Shown here: in pieces, positions 1-11,900 of the stretch
How positions within the stretch are numbered: position 1 is the first letter of the stretch
Layout: each line of letters starts with the position of its first letter
NCBI GenBank assembly: GCA_963675755.2
Contig: CAXXMD010000003.1
Coordinates: 1,024,001-1,088,000 of the forward strand
Length of the DNA stretch: 64,000 bases
Source: a bacterium
Lineage (GTDB): Bacteria; Zhuqueibacterota; Zhuqueibacteria; Residuimicrobiales; Krinioviventaceae
Reading direction: 5' to 3'
The notes under the pieces: generated by a model
Told to the model about the DNA's origin: nothing
What the model saw: only the letters and a program-made list of their open reading frames with translations
The model's database searches: none
Position numbers and translations under genes: made by a program

Positions 1-907
1 TCAATCCATTAGGATATCCACTGCCATCAATATTTTCATGATGTGAGGAGGCAATCATGGGAACATTGCGCAATTCTCTTGAAAAATTGATACGCTCCAA
101 TATACTTTTAGTAAACTTGGGATGATCCTTAATGTGCTCATATTCCTCATTTGTCAATCGGGTTTCTTTTGTCAAAACAGCTTCACGAATGGCAATTTTA
201 CCATAATCATGCAGCAAAGAAGAAATTCTTAAAACACGGCGGTCCTGCTCACTGAAACCCGCAACCCGGGCAATCAAATCAGCGAACAAGGCAATCCGTT
301 TCGAATGTCCGGCAGTCAAGGGATCCCGTGCATCAATGGTACTCGCAAGTGTTTCTATAAAGCTGTCAAATGTCTTGATCTGTTCTTCATAGAGCTGGGC
401 GTTTTCTATTTGGCCGGCGGATAAAACAGCTATTGCAGTCAATAGTTCTTCATCATCTTTATTAAAAGATTCACCATGTTTATTCAAAGTCTGAAAAACA
501 CCAATAACCTCTCCTTTTTGGTTCCTGAGAGGTGCATTCAAAACATTTCGTGTTTTGTATCCGGTCTTTTTATCGATATTGGGATTAAACCGCGAATCGT
601 TATAAGCATCTTTAATATTCAATATTTCACCGGTCTCTACTACATGACCGGCAATTCCCGTATTACTGGGGAACCGTATCTCTTTTTCTCCATGTGCAAC
701 CTTGGACCAGAGCTCTCCTTTTTCTGCATCCAGAATAAATACCGAGCATCTGTCACAATCCAAAACTTTTTTCACTTCATCCATAATCTTCATCAATAAC
801 CGGTCAATTTCAAGTTCTTTAGAAATATTACGGGTTACACTCAGCAACAGCTCTAATTTAAACTTGTCGCCTCTGGTAAACTCGAATTGTTGAAGTGATT
901 TATTCAC
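1..907 (-). CDS. GAF + HD-GYP cyclic-dinucleotide phosphodiesterase (3' end runs off the window)
   Basis: Not in the ORF track. Manual translation from GTG at 907 gives MNKSLQQF...DAYNDSRFN...LNKHGESFNKDDE (GAF), then ARDPLTAGHS...LHDYGK...HHENIDGSGYP (HD-GYP). Confidence 0.9.
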   Translation of the reverse strand, partial: MNKSLQQFEFTRGDKFKLELLLSVTRNISKELEIDRLLMKIMDEVKKVLDCDRCSVFILDAEKGELWSKVAHGEKEIRFPSNTGIAGHVVETGEILNIKDAYNDSRFNPNIDKKTGYKTRNVLNAPLRNQKGEVIGVFQTLNKHGESFNKDDEELLTAIAVLSAGQIENAQLYEEQIKTFDSFIETLASTIDARDPLTAGHSKRIALFADLIARVAGFSEQDRRVLRISSLLHDYGKIAIREAVLTKETRLTNEEYEHIKDHPKFTKSILERINFSRELRNVPMIASSHHENIDGSGYPNGL

Positions 908-921
908 ATTTAATGATTTGT

Positions 922-2106
922 TTATTCAACCTGATTTTTATTCAAAGGAATTACAAAAGCCATTCCAACAGCATACCAAACCATTGTAACAACTTCAGCG
1001 TCGCCATAGTTCCACTCAAAAAAACCATTTAATAAAAACGCCAGAAAAACCGCCAGGGTTGCCATCACCCAGGCATATTGTAATGAGGGCCCTTGACCAC
1101 CTAAAAATATCTTTTGCTTCCACAGCCTGACAAAAATATTAACCATCATGAACAAAAATGCAGCCAAGCCTACAATACCCAGCGTTACGGCTATGTGCAC
1201 ATAATTGCTGTGAAAATGCCCAACAAGCTCTGTTGTTCCGGGGGGTGCATATTTCTTGTATACCTTTTGTGTACTCATATCACCCACACCTACTATGGGA
1301 TGATCTTTGAAAATCTCCCAGCCAACTGACCACCATGCAATTCGCTTGGCATTGGTACGCCAGGTAGGGTCAAACATGTGCTGAACCCGGGCCGAAAAGG
1401 CATCGGGTCCTAAAAAATAAACAACCGGCATGAGTGCAATAATAGCAATAATCAATTTTCGATTAGAAAAATAAACAATCAGCAGCGCACCCACAAAAAA
1501 CCCCAGCCATGAGCCACGTGTTGAAGTAAGAATAAGGCACATTAAATTGATAAGCGTTAAAACTGCAAAAATCCATTGCCAGGGTTTCTTTTTATACAAC
1601 ACTGCAAGTGCCATTGCTGCAAGAGAACCAATCATGGTAATTCCACCGGCAGTCATGGAATTGTGAATATTTCTCACACGTACGGTAGGATTAGCCAAAA
1701 AGGATTTAATACCCAACAGAGAATAAAACGAAACCGAAAAAACAAATATATATATCAATCGTTTAAATATTTTCTCATCATCCAACTGGGATGATAATAC
1801 ATAAACGATGGGTATTAATAGCAATCGTTTTAAAAATATAAATGACTCGCCAACATTTTGAGAAAAGGGCAAAGAAATCAAAGACGCGGCCACAAACAAT
1901 AAAAATCCCCATTCAAGCTTTAAGGGTTTAAAACGGGTGCCTTTTGTAACAAAAAGACGAAGCAGCCAGAAAAAAATAGCTAGCCCAATACTGCTCTGGG
2001 TAACTGCAATTTTAAATGGCATAAACGCTGCAAAAATATATAAAAACACCACAATCGATTTTTCCGAAAAACGATCAAGCTTGTTCATTTTAGGCGTCAA
2101 TTGCAT
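922..2106 (-). CDS. O-antigen ligase / Wzy_C family membrane protein
   Basis: Multi-TM protein with LTSTRGSWLG, R..WW....EIFKDHPIVGVG and HFHSNY motifs typical of WaaL-like ligases. Confidence 0.85.
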   Translation of the reverse strand: MQLTPKMNKLDRFSEKSIVVFLYIFAAFMPFKIAVTQSSIGLAIFFWLLRLFVTKGTRFKPLKLEWGFLLFVAASLISLPFSQNVGESFIFLKRLLLIPIVYVLSSQLDDEKIFKRLIYIFVFSVSFYSLLGIKSFLANPTVRVRNIHNSMTAGGITMIGSLAAMALAVLYKKKPWQWIFAVLTLINLMCLILTSTRGSWLGFFVGALLIVYFSNRKLIIAIIALMPVVYFLGPDAFSARVQHMFDPTWRTNAKRIAWWSVGWEIFKDHPIVGVGDMSTQKVYKKYAPPGTTELVGHFHSNYVHIAVTLGIVGLAAFLFMMVNIFVRLWKQKIFLGGQGPSLQYAWVMATLAVFLAFLLNGFFEWNYGDAEVVTMVWYAVGMAFVIPLNKNQVE

Positions 2107-3991
2107 GCTCCTGTAATCTAAACTGCATATTATATAATTTCTGATACAAACCCTTGTTTTTCACAAGTTCATCGTGACGGCCCTGCTCAACAATTTTGCC
2201 GTTTTCAAGCACAATAATACGGTCCGCATGTAATATTGTGGATAGTCTGTGCGCTATAACAAAAGAGGTACGGTTTTCCATCAAATGTTCTATTGCCTGT
2301 TGTACCAGCAATTCAGATTCTGTATCCAGTGCTGAAGTGGCCTCATCCAGAATCAGTATGGGGGGATTTTTCAATATCGCTCTGGCTATTGCAAGACGTT
2401 GTCGCTGACCTCCGGAAAGGGTTACTCCACGCTCACCTATATTGGTATCATAACCATTGGGTAACGCTTCAATAAAGTCATGGGCATTTGCATTTTTAGC
2501 GGCCTCGACAATCTCATCCATTGTGCGCTCTTCTGCACCATAAGCAATATTATTACGAACAGTATCGTTAAACAAAATGGTTTCCTGAGTTACAATACCC
2601 ATCACCATGCGCAGACAATGCAAGTCGATATTGCGTATGTCAATTCCATCAAGCTCAATAGAACCGCTGTCAGGATCATAAAACCGGGGAATCAGATCAA
2701 CCAGCGTAGATTTACCCGCGCCACTGGGGCCTACAATTGCAAGCACTTCACCCTTTTTTACTCCAACATTAATACCTGACAAAACCTCACTGCCCTTTTT
2801 GTATGAAAAAGAGAGGTCTTTGATCTCTATCTGTCCTTTAAACTCATTTACAAATACCGGTTTCTCAACATTCTGAATAGCAGGTTCCAGATCCAAAACC
2901 TGAAAGATACGCTCACCTGCAGCCAATGCCTCCTGAATCCGGCTGTTTACATTAGACAGCTCTTTAACCGGAGTCATGATGGAGAATATCAGCAATAAAA
3001 ACAAAATAAAATCATCGGGAGACAACAACTGCCCTCTTAAAACCATATCTCCACCAAACCACAAGATACCCACAGCTATGGATGTTCCCAAAAACTCGGT
3101 AAGGGGTGAAGCCAGGTTACGTGTACGCGTGATCTTGACCAGGGTCTTGAAAAAAGCGTGGGTTTCCTTCATAAACTTTTTGATCTCAAAGTTTTCCATG
3201 GCAAAAGCTTTAACAATACGAACACCGGAAATCGTTTCCTGCAAGACCGATGTTACATCTGCCATCTTTTCTTGCGAATGCGCGCTCTGCTTGCGAAGCT
3301 TTATGCTGATCCAACCAATAATGCCCAGGCTGAACGGTGTTACCAGCAATGCAATCAATGTGAGTTGCCAGCTGATAATGGTTGCCCATGTCAGAGAAAA
3401 CAGAATAATCAGCGGGTTTTTCACCAAAGTCACAAAACTTGCGGATACGCCATTGTTCACCAGTGTCACATCGTTGGTGATGCGCGAAATGATCTGACCG
3501 GTACGCGTACCGTGGTAATAACTCAGGGAGAGTTTGTTAATGTGTTTGTACAGATCATTTCGGACATCCCGTATAACCCCCTGCTCCACATAAGCCATAA
3601 AAAAGGATTGAAAATACGAGAATATGTTTTTAAACAACATTAAAAATATAATAAAAATACAAACTCGCTTTAAATTCACATGTCGGTCTGGTGTATTAAA
3701 CATGCTGTAAAGATGGCCTTTAACAAACAGCCACTTATCATTCAAAGACTTTGGTATTGCTTTGTCCATCATAGATGGCGCAGCATCAGTAGATGACTCT
3801 ATTTCTGCCGAATCCATTGTCATCACTTGTGCCGAACTGTTTTCTGCATTGAAAATGGTGTTCAAAAAGGGCATTATACCCATATAAGAAGCACCATTAA
3901 AAAGTGTATACAAAACAATGCACAATATGGAACCTGTTAAGCGCGCCCAGTATGGCCGGATATACCCCAGAATACGAAAAAAAATCTTCAT
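2090..3991 (-). CDS. MsbA-like ABC exporter (fused TMD + NBD)
   Basis: Walker A GPSGAGKST, signature LSGGQRQR, Walker B ILILDEATSALD, H-loop IAHRLST, N-terminal TM domain. Confidence 0.92.
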   Translation of the reverse strand: MKIFFRILGYIRPYWARLTGSILCIVLYTLFNGASYMGIMPFLNTIFNAENSSAQVMTMDSAEIESSTDAAPSMMDKAIPKSLNDKWLFVKGHLYSMFNTPDRHVNLKRVCIFIIFLMLFKNIFSYFQSFFMAYVEQGVIRDVRNDLYKHINKLSLSYYHGTRTGQIISRITNDVTLVNNGVSASFVTLVKNPLIILFSLTWATIISWQLTLIALLVTPFSLGIIGWISIKLRKQSAHSQEKMADVTSVLQETISGVRIVKAFAMENFEIKKFMKETHAFFKTLVKITRTRNLASPLTEFLGTSIAVGILWFGGDMVLRGQLLSPDDFILFLLLIFSIMTPVKELSNVNSRIQEALAAGERIFQVLDLEPAIQNVEKPVFVNEFKGQIEIKDLSFSYKKGSEVLSGINVGVKKGEVLAIVGPSGAGKSTLVDLIPRFYDPDSGSIELDGIDIRNIDLHCLRMVMGIVTQETILFNDTVRNNIAYGAEERTMDEIVEAAKNANAHDFIEALPNGYDTNIGERGVTLSGGQRQRLAIARAILKNPPILILDEATSALDTESELLVQQAIEHLMENRTSFVIAHRLSTILHADRIIVLENGKIVEQGRHDELVKNKGLYQKLYNMQFRLQEHAIDA

Positions 3992-4002
3992 TTAATTATA
4001 TA

Positions 4003-4185
4003 TTAATCCTTAATTTCTTTATAATCCACATCTTCAACATCCGAATCTGACAAATCCAGAGGCTCATTACTTGATTTTCCATTTACTTCAATATCTGATT
4101 TTTTTGAAGGAAACAGGCTAACAATCAGTTTATATGCCCAATATATTAAAAAAAATAAAAATAAAAACCGAAATAACATTTCCAT
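4003..4185 (-). CDS. Small single-TM hypothetical protein
   Basis: Hydrophobic N-terminus and acidic C-terminus ending VEDVDYKEIKD; 11 nt upstream of the ABC gene on the same strand. Confidence 0.65.
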   Translation of the reverse strand: MEMLFRFLFLFFLIYWAYKLIVSLFPSKKSDIEVNGKSSNEPLDLSDSDVEDVDYKEIKD

Positions 4186-4206
4186 TTACCTTGAACGCTA
4201 AAGTAC

Positions 4207-4231
4207 AAAAAGAGGGCATAAACCCTCTTTT
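4207..4231 (-). terminator. Intrinsic terminator after folB-folK-kinase
   Basis: AAAAAGAGGG-cataaa-CCCTCTTTT hairpin with A/T tracts on both sides, just past the kinase stop. Confidence 0.65.
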
Positions 4232-4235
4232 AATA

Positions 4236-4895
4236 TCATTGTTTTTTTGACTTTTGAGCTAAGTGGACCGGAGAATAATACTCTATTCCGTAGTGTGGGC
4301 GCATTATTTGTTTTACAAGATCATCAAACTCAGTATCATTGTTAACAAAATCTATCAAAGTACTGTTGATCACCAGCAGAGGCGTATCATTATAATGAAA
4401 AAAGAACTTGTTATAAGCCTCATTCAATGATTTTATATAATCCATTGAAATATCTTTTTCATAACCCCTACCCCGCTGTCGGATATTGGCCATCAACCGT
4501 TCTGGCGAAGATTGCAAAAACACAACCAGGTCAGGTTTGGGGATATCCTGCTCCAACAAGCTTGCAATTTTATCATACAGAAATAGTTCACGGTCTTCAA
4601 GGTTCAAATGCGCAAAGATTCTGTCTTTGGCAAACAAATAGTCAGATAGCATAATATCATGAAAGAGGTCAGGCTGCACATTTTCCTGCTGCTGACGATA
4701 TCGGCTCAGCAAAAAGAACAATTGCACCTGAAAAGCAAACCGTTGTGGATCTTTATAAAAATCTTTTAAAAACGGATTTTCTTCAGGCTGTTCGTACACT
4801 GTTTTTGCATCAAGATGCTCGCCCAGCATTCGAGTCAAACTGGTTTTCCCGGCGCCTATTACGCCTTCTACACATATATATTTTGGCAAAGACAC
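4236..4895 (-). CDS. Deoxynucleoside kinase (dCK/dGK family)
   Basis: P-loop EGVIGAGKTSL, ENPFL..FY, PDLVVFLQ and R.R..E lid; typical neighbour of folK. Confidence 0.92.
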   Translation of the reverse strand: MSLPKYICVEGVIGAGKTSLTRMLGEHLDAKTVYEQPEENPFLKDFYKDPQRFAFQVQLFFLLSRYRQQQENVQPDLFHDIMLSDYLFAKDRIFAHLNLEDRELFLYDKIASLLEQDIPKPDLVVFLQSSPERLMANIRQRGRGYEKDISMDYIKSLNEAYNKFFFHYNDTPLLVINSTLIDFVNNDTEFDDLVKQIMRPHYGIEYYSPVHLAQKSKKQ

Positions 4896-4896
4896 A

Positions 4897-5430
4897 TTAA
4901 ACCTCTTTCAGCTTTTCCCAAACAGCGTTTGAGGTTGCATAAAGTTCAATCCTGTTTCTATCAGGGGTCTCTCTTAATAACTGTTCTACAGTCTTGTTTA
5001 ATCCAGGTACCACATATTGCGGTGCAATTTCACACAAAGGAACCAGAACAAACCGTCGCTCCGACAATCCCGGATGTGGCACAACAAGCGTTTCGCTTTT
5101 TAGTACAAGTTGGTCAAAAATCAAAATATCAAGATCCAGTGTTCTGGGGCCCCATTTTTCTTTACGGACCCGTCCCAGCTTTTGCTCGATATCCTGCAAA
5201 TGCGTCAGTAGTGCATCCGGCACCAAATCAGTATGAATCTGCACAACCGCATTCAGAAAGTCTGGTTGCTCTATGCTTCCGAATGGCTCCGTTTCATATA
5301 ATCCGGAAATGCTAACCAGATCACCAAAAAATCGGATTTCCTCAAGAGCGCTATAAATAGAACCTTCCCGATCTCCCTGGTTTGAGCCAATCCCGATAAA
5401 AACGTTTTTGTATTCTTTATGCTTTATCAC
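4897..5430 (-). CDS. folK: 2-amino-4-hydroxy-6-hydroxymethyldihydropteridine diphosphokinase
   Basis: IGIGSNQG, YETEP, FLNAV, WGPRTLDLDIL and PHP..ERRFVLVPL HPPK motifs. Confidence 0.96.
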   Translation of the reverse strand: MIKHKEYKNVFIGIGSNQGDREGSIYSALEEIRFFGDLVSISGLYETEPFGSIEQPDFLNAVVQIHTDLVPDALLTHLQDIEQKLGRVRKEKWGPRTLDLDILIFDQLVLKSETLVVPHPGLSERRFVLVPLCEIAPQYVVPGLNKTVEQLLRETPDRNRIELYATSNAVWEKLKEV

Positions 5431-5782
5431 GGGTTATTTCAATTTCTGTACCGTTAGCCAACCCACCCAATGGTGCAACGGGCTTTTTAACTCTAACAGT
5501 AACCTGCTCAATATCCAGCTTGCTTAACAAATTGTCAGCAATATTTTGGCTCAAAGCTTCTATTAAAAAAAAGCGATTATTTACAACACAATCGTAAACA
5601 ATATTGTAAATCTTTCTAACATCAATCGTATCATGCAGTTTATCGGATTGCGCTGATTTGGAACTATCAAAGAGCACTTCAACGTCAACATCAAAGCGTT
5701 GACCATTTCTCTGTTCACTGTCGTCCAGTCCATGATACGCATGAAAGGTCATGCCACGAACTTTAAGTTTATCACGATACAT
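5417..5782 (-). CDS. folB: Dihydroneopterin aldolase
   Basis: FHAYHG...E...GQRF.VDV, D.L.DTID, LIEAL and VRVKKP motifs; overlaps folK. Confidence 0.93.
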   Translation of the reverse strand: MYRDKLKVRGMTFHAYHGLDDSEQRNGQRFDVDVEVLFDSSKSAQSDKLHDTIDVRKIYNIVYDCVVNNRFFLIEALSQNIADNLLSKLDIEQVTVRVKKPVAPLGGLANGTEIEITRDKA

Positions 5783-5998
5783 TTTTCAAAAAAAATCCAA
5801 AAAATAAAATAAAAAATTAATATATTAAAATAACGTACGATTGTCAAGCTAAATTAGGTTGGGCACAACGTAAAGGCAAGAAAGCAAGACACTTATGAAA
5901 AGGGATTAATTTACGCACCACTGTCTTTTTTTGGTATTTATTGAACAGTATAAACTTTTTTAACACTTGAAATTGTTACAATAACAGGTATTCTAAAA

Positions 5999-8900
5999 AT
6001 GGAGCGGCAATTGAAATTAAAACATATCGTTGCAATTTTGATCATTTATGCAATTCAACCCTTGTATTCAGCAGCTATCCCACAAGGGGAAAACGCAGAA
6101 CCACCATTTAACGGCGGGGTTGAATATCACAATATAGACAATATAAATACAAATCAGCGTGCTATTTCTTTCAGATCGCTGGACAACGGCCTAAAGGACC
6201 AGCTCTCTGAAAAAGGTATTGCTGTTTCGGGTTCTGACAACTTTAGCCAGATCACAATTCAACTCAATTCAGCTCAAACGCTTGCCGGCAAAATAGATTT
6301 AACGCTTGACCGCAATTTATCAATTTCTCCCGACAATCCCCTTCCGGCATATATCTTTGTTAAAGGGAAAACGGGTTACAAGCTTGTTTCTACAGAAACA
6401 TTCAATCTGGATGGCTCTCTCTCTTCAATTTTTGGCGGTCAGTATACGGATGAAATAACAGTACTTGTTCCTCAAATGGAATCTGATGCACCGTCTCAAA
6501 TTATTGCATCTGCTAATGTGGGCGAGATCATTAATGATGACGCGGTTAAAATCATGTTGCTGGGTGACTCTATTACCTGGGGTGAATACGATAACGCAGA
6601 AGAAGGGCTTCGAAAAAGATTATATGAACGATTAACCAACGCGGGCTACAACTTTGATTTTGTAGGAAGCTGGGGTGAAGCACCTTATGAAGGACATTTC
6701 AGATTTAGTCAAAAAATAGACGATTTTTACCCTCCAGATTTGCTTGGCGGTGACCATGGAAATATGGATGTTACCAATCCCATGAACAATCACAGACCCA
6801 ATATTGTGGCTTTTCATCTGGGGACAAACGACCTTAACAGTCAATACAAAGATGTTGGTCCGTACGAAGAAAACGGAGAGATTATAAATACACAAAGTGG
6901 TGAAGTTGCCGTCTTGATTGATTATCTGTTAAAATGGCATAATGGTGAATTTGGTGAAAACCTGGATTATATCATTGTCAGCCTGATCATACCCATGGAA
7001 GATACTGCTCGCAGCGGAACACTTGAAAAATGTATCGAATTCAATAAAGAAGTAGCCCGCCTTGCCAGAGATTACCGTAACGGTGTTCTAACCGGGCAGC
7101 CTGAACCGGTATACATTTGCGACCATTTCTCTCGTTTACAGGAAAATCCATATATATGGACTAATGAATATTTTGATCCCATGTATGATATGATGCACCC
7201 CACCAAAGAGGGATTGGACACCATGGGAGATACCTATTTCGATGTATTTAACTATATTCTATCCGGTGAGACAAAGTGGTTCCGGGATATCACATGGTAC
7301 GCTGATGTTGCAGGCTTTGCCGACAAGTATCACAGTTACAAAGGTGTATCTCTTGTAGATATCAACCAGGACGGCTATGACGATATTTATGTAACCCGTA
7401 CAGCCAAAGGCGATGCTGACCCCCGTGATGCATTCTATCTCAGCAATCCGCAATTGCCCTATACAGAAAGCGCATTTGACTATCACATTGAAGATGAAGA
7501 AAAAAGTAACAGTTCCGTATTTGTAGACATTGACAATGATGGCGATTTTGACATGTTCAATGGCAGTACGACTGATAGTCCCAACCATTTATACCTGAAC
7601 CAGGACAATCAGGATTTTGAAGATATTAGCACCCTGGCGGGAATACTAAACCAGATCAAAACGACCACATCAACATTGGCATTTGACGCGGAAAATGACG
7701 GTGATATGGACATTCTCGCCATCAATTCCGAGGCATTGAACGAATATTATGTAAATGATGGCAATGGCAGCTTTACTTCAACCGCCAGCAACCTGCGCGA
7801 TGTAGTTGAAGCAGGCAAATACAGCATCTCTGCTTCAGCAGCGGATTTTGATAATGATGGCGATGTTGACATCTTTTTATCAAAACGCGAAACCAACAAC
7901 AAACTTTGGCTAAATGACGGAGCCGGTAACTTTTCTGACGTTGCCGAATTTGCCGGCGTTGAAGGTAATTACGTCAGCCTGAACCACAACGGTGCAAGCT
8001 GGGCAGATCTGGATAACGATGCGGATCTGGACCTGATTTTGGGTGTCAGCCATACCAGCAGCACACCTGATCCCTATTTGCAGGTATATGAAAACCAGGG
8101 TGACGGCACTTTTGATAATATTTCCAATTCTTTAGCCATCCCCATGGATGGGCTTGCTCCCATTATTGGCGATTTTAACAATGATGGATGGGAAGACATT
8201 CTCATTACCAGTGTGGCAGACTATTCGGGACTCTATCTGAACCAGGGCAACTGGACCTTTGCCAAAGAAAACAACAGTGGTACCGAGGTTTATGCCGGTG
8301 ATATGCGTGGCGGTGCACCATTTGATTATGATCTGGATGGCGATTTGGATCTGATTATTACCCGCGCAGACGTTTTTAATGTCATGATGCAAAACAATCT
8401 CAGCAATGGTTACAATTGGTTAAGAGTAAATGCTTATGGACCGGATGGCAATATTGGCGGATACGGTACAAAAATTTGGGTTTACGAATCCGGGCATGTG
8501 GATGATGCAGATTACCTGTTGAGCTATCGTGAAATCACCTCAGGTGCCGGCTATTTCTCGCAATACTCTCCCACACAGCACATTGGTATGGAATTACACA
8601 GCCAATGCGACCTGCTTGCAAGATTCACTGACGGCACCATGGTTGTAATGCGAAATGTTGCGGCTAACCAGACCATTACCATTCGCCCCGAAATCCCTCA
8701 AAATACCGGTACCGATCCCGCTCTATTGGCAGAATACAGCGGCAACAATCAGGAAAAAATTGTAGGACAAACGCTTGACAATCCCATCGTTGTCAAAGTT
8801 ACAGATGATGAAGGCAGACCGGTTGAAGGATCAAGTGTGGCATTTCAAGTTATTGAAGGCGATGCAACCCTGTTTATTCCGGATCTTACCACAGATGCCA

Positions 8901-11900
8901 TTTCAGTTGAAACAGAAACCGGAAATCTTTCCGGAAATATGCAATGGTTTTACGACTTGACCGCATCTGGCAATGGTTTTGTAGCCGTTCCCTCATATCT
9001 AGGCGGTTCAGGCAGTGCCGAACTTCAAGTTGAAACAGCTGAAGCGGACCAGTTCTCGGTATGGGTGCGTTTTGCGAACGCACAGGCATCAGATCAGGTA
9101 ACCGTGGCAATTGACGATTACCAGGCAAAAACCCTGACGCTCTCTTCCCAGGAAGGTTGGCAATGGGTGCAAATACAGGAAAACAGCGTTGCGTATTTAT
9201 ACAATCTGGAACAGGGTTCACATTCCATTACCCTGGATATCAATAGCGGCAGACCCCACATTGATAAATTATTATTCACCACCGATGTCAATTATGTGCC
9301 TACCGGTGCTGAAGAAGGAGAAAATGAATCTCCTAATCTTACCGATCGTGAAGGTTTAGCTCGTCGTTTTGTTGAACTGGGACAAACAGCCGGTGAAATT
9401 ATTGTTGAAGCATCTCTATCCTATAACGGATCACCAGTTGATGGCAGTCCTGTTCAATTCAGCTTGTCCGCGCTTCCCGGTACCCCGGTTACCATTGAAA
9501 AGACATCTGGTGATGCACAGGCGGGTGATATAAACGTTCCTCTTGATGAGCCTTTTGTCGTAACCATCAAAGACGCATTCGGCAACCCCATCCCTGATTT
9601 TCAGGTCGTATTTTTAGTACTTTCAGGCGGTGGTGTAATAGACAACAACGCGGTGAATACTGATGAGCTGGGTCAGGCAAGCGCAACCTTGACTCCTGGT
9701 AGCGCAAGCGGATTGCAGCAGGTACAGGCTATTGCGGAAGGTGTTCCCGGCTCTCCAGTAACATTTACAGCAGCTATTCGGGGTGTTGCCAGTGATATGG
9801 AATATGTTTCCGGTAACAATCAAACCGGCAAAGTATTGGAATTTCTGGCTGATCCCATTCAGGTCAAAGTGCTGGAAGAAAATGGCGGCCCCGCAATTGG
9901 TTACCAGGTGAATTTTGCGGTATTGAGTGATACCGGCGGCGTTGTAGATTCTACCACATATGCTGCTATTCAACAAGGTGCTACAGTCCAGGCAGACTCT
10001 TCAACACAGATCCTTACCAATGTAAACGGTATAGCAAAGGGTTACTGGCTATTGGGTAAAACCGCGGGTACAACAAGCATGCAAGTCAACGCAGGAGAGA
10101 TAAACGGATCTCCTATAACAGTTAATGCAACTGCAACCGCAGGAAATCCCGCAGTAATATTGCAGATATCCGGTAACGGTCAAACTGCAGCAGTAAACCA
10201 TTCTTTACCTGAACCTCTGGTTGTACGTATTAATGACAAATATGGTAATCCCATATCCGGTCATTCGGTTGTCTTTACTGCTGAAAATGGAGGTGGTTTT
10301 GACGGCAGCACCCAAATTGTAGCTCAAACCAGCAACCTGGGTGACGCAAAAGCCGAATTTTCAACCGGCGAAACCGCAGGAACAGATATTTACGAAATTA
10401 ACGCCAGCGCTTCATACAATGGCAGTGAAATACCCGGATCACCGGTAACCTTTCTGGCCTCTGCCACATCGGGAAGTGCTGCTAATGCATATAAAATTTC
10501 AGGAGACGCACAGACTGATACCGTTGGGCATGTACTAAAACAGCCGTTCAGGGTAAGAGTCACTGACAGTTATAACAACCCGGTTGAAGGATTTGAAGTT
10601 AGATTCTGGGTTGAAAACGGTAACGGTTCTTTTAACGGACAGGATATTGATACTCAGGTTACCAATGCAAACGGATATGCTTCTATCGATTTCACTTTGG
10701 ATGAAAAAGCGGGACAAAATCAGGTCCAGGCTGTCTTTGCCGGCTTGTCTCCGGAAGTTATTGCATTTTCCGCAACCGGTGTGCACGATGTTCCTCAAAA
10801 ACTACTTTATGTATCGGGTGATGATCAAAGCGGAGTTCGGGGAACCCGGTTAAATCAGCCTTTCCAGATCAGAATTACAGATGTGTTTGAAAATCCCGTT
10901 CAAGACCATCCCGTAAGCTATGAAGTTACCAGCGAATTGGGTGAAATAGATGGATTAAGCTCGTTCAACACCAGTACAGATGAATTGGGCCTAGCGCGTG
11001 CATATCTCACCCTGGGTGAAGACCTGGGTGATTCAAACCATGTGGTTACTGTGTCCAGTGAATATATTGGCCAGGAATTGGATGGCAGCCCTTATACATT
11101 TTATGCATCTGTTAAACGTGGCAATCCCGCTCGAATCATACCTATTACCAGTACAAGCGGTTTGATTGGTGCACCAGGGCAGGTTCTGCCAGACACTATT
11201 TTTGTCAAAGTGGTTGATACAGACAACCTGTCAATACCCAATTTTACGATAAAATATTCTATTCTCACAGGCAACGGCCGGTTCGAAGCAAATGATAAAG
11301 ACACCTTGTCCGTACAAACTGATTCCAGAGGTATAGCGTATGCGGTTTGGCGTCTGGGTGACTATCAGGATGCACAACAAATCTCAGTTTCTGCAATTTA
11401 TGAATCTGAACATCTGGAAAACTCGCCTCTCAGCTTTAGCGCTTATGCAGTTTCTTCCGGTGCTGAAGATCTGGTTTATGAAGCAGGAAACAATCAGACC
11501 GGAATGGTGGGGCAGGCACTGCCTACTCCGCTTGCAGTCAAAATCAAAGATGGACTGGGTTTTCCCGTATCCAACCATCCCGTAACATTTACGGTAAAGG
11601 GTGGATCCGGAACCGTTGGTACAAGATCTGACACTCTGGTCCACACAAATGAGAACGGCATTGCCAGCGTTATCTTTACTCTGGGAAGTGAAATGGGTGA
11701 CAATTTACACACCGTAGAAGCCAGATCTTCCAATAAAGGTACTGCATTAACTGGTTCACCCTATTTATTTACCGCATCAGGTGAAGCAGGTATTACGGAT
11801 GCAGCCCTTTCCACCATGAGCGCTGAATCTCCAATTCCGGCATCCGGTGACGCTTTTTCTTCTGTTCTTGTTAAATTAAAAGATATATATGGAAATGCTC

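Noticed and set aside
476-893. Plus-strand ORFs 476-799 and 702-893
   Set aside because: Antisense to the GAF-HD-GYP gene identified on the minus strand.
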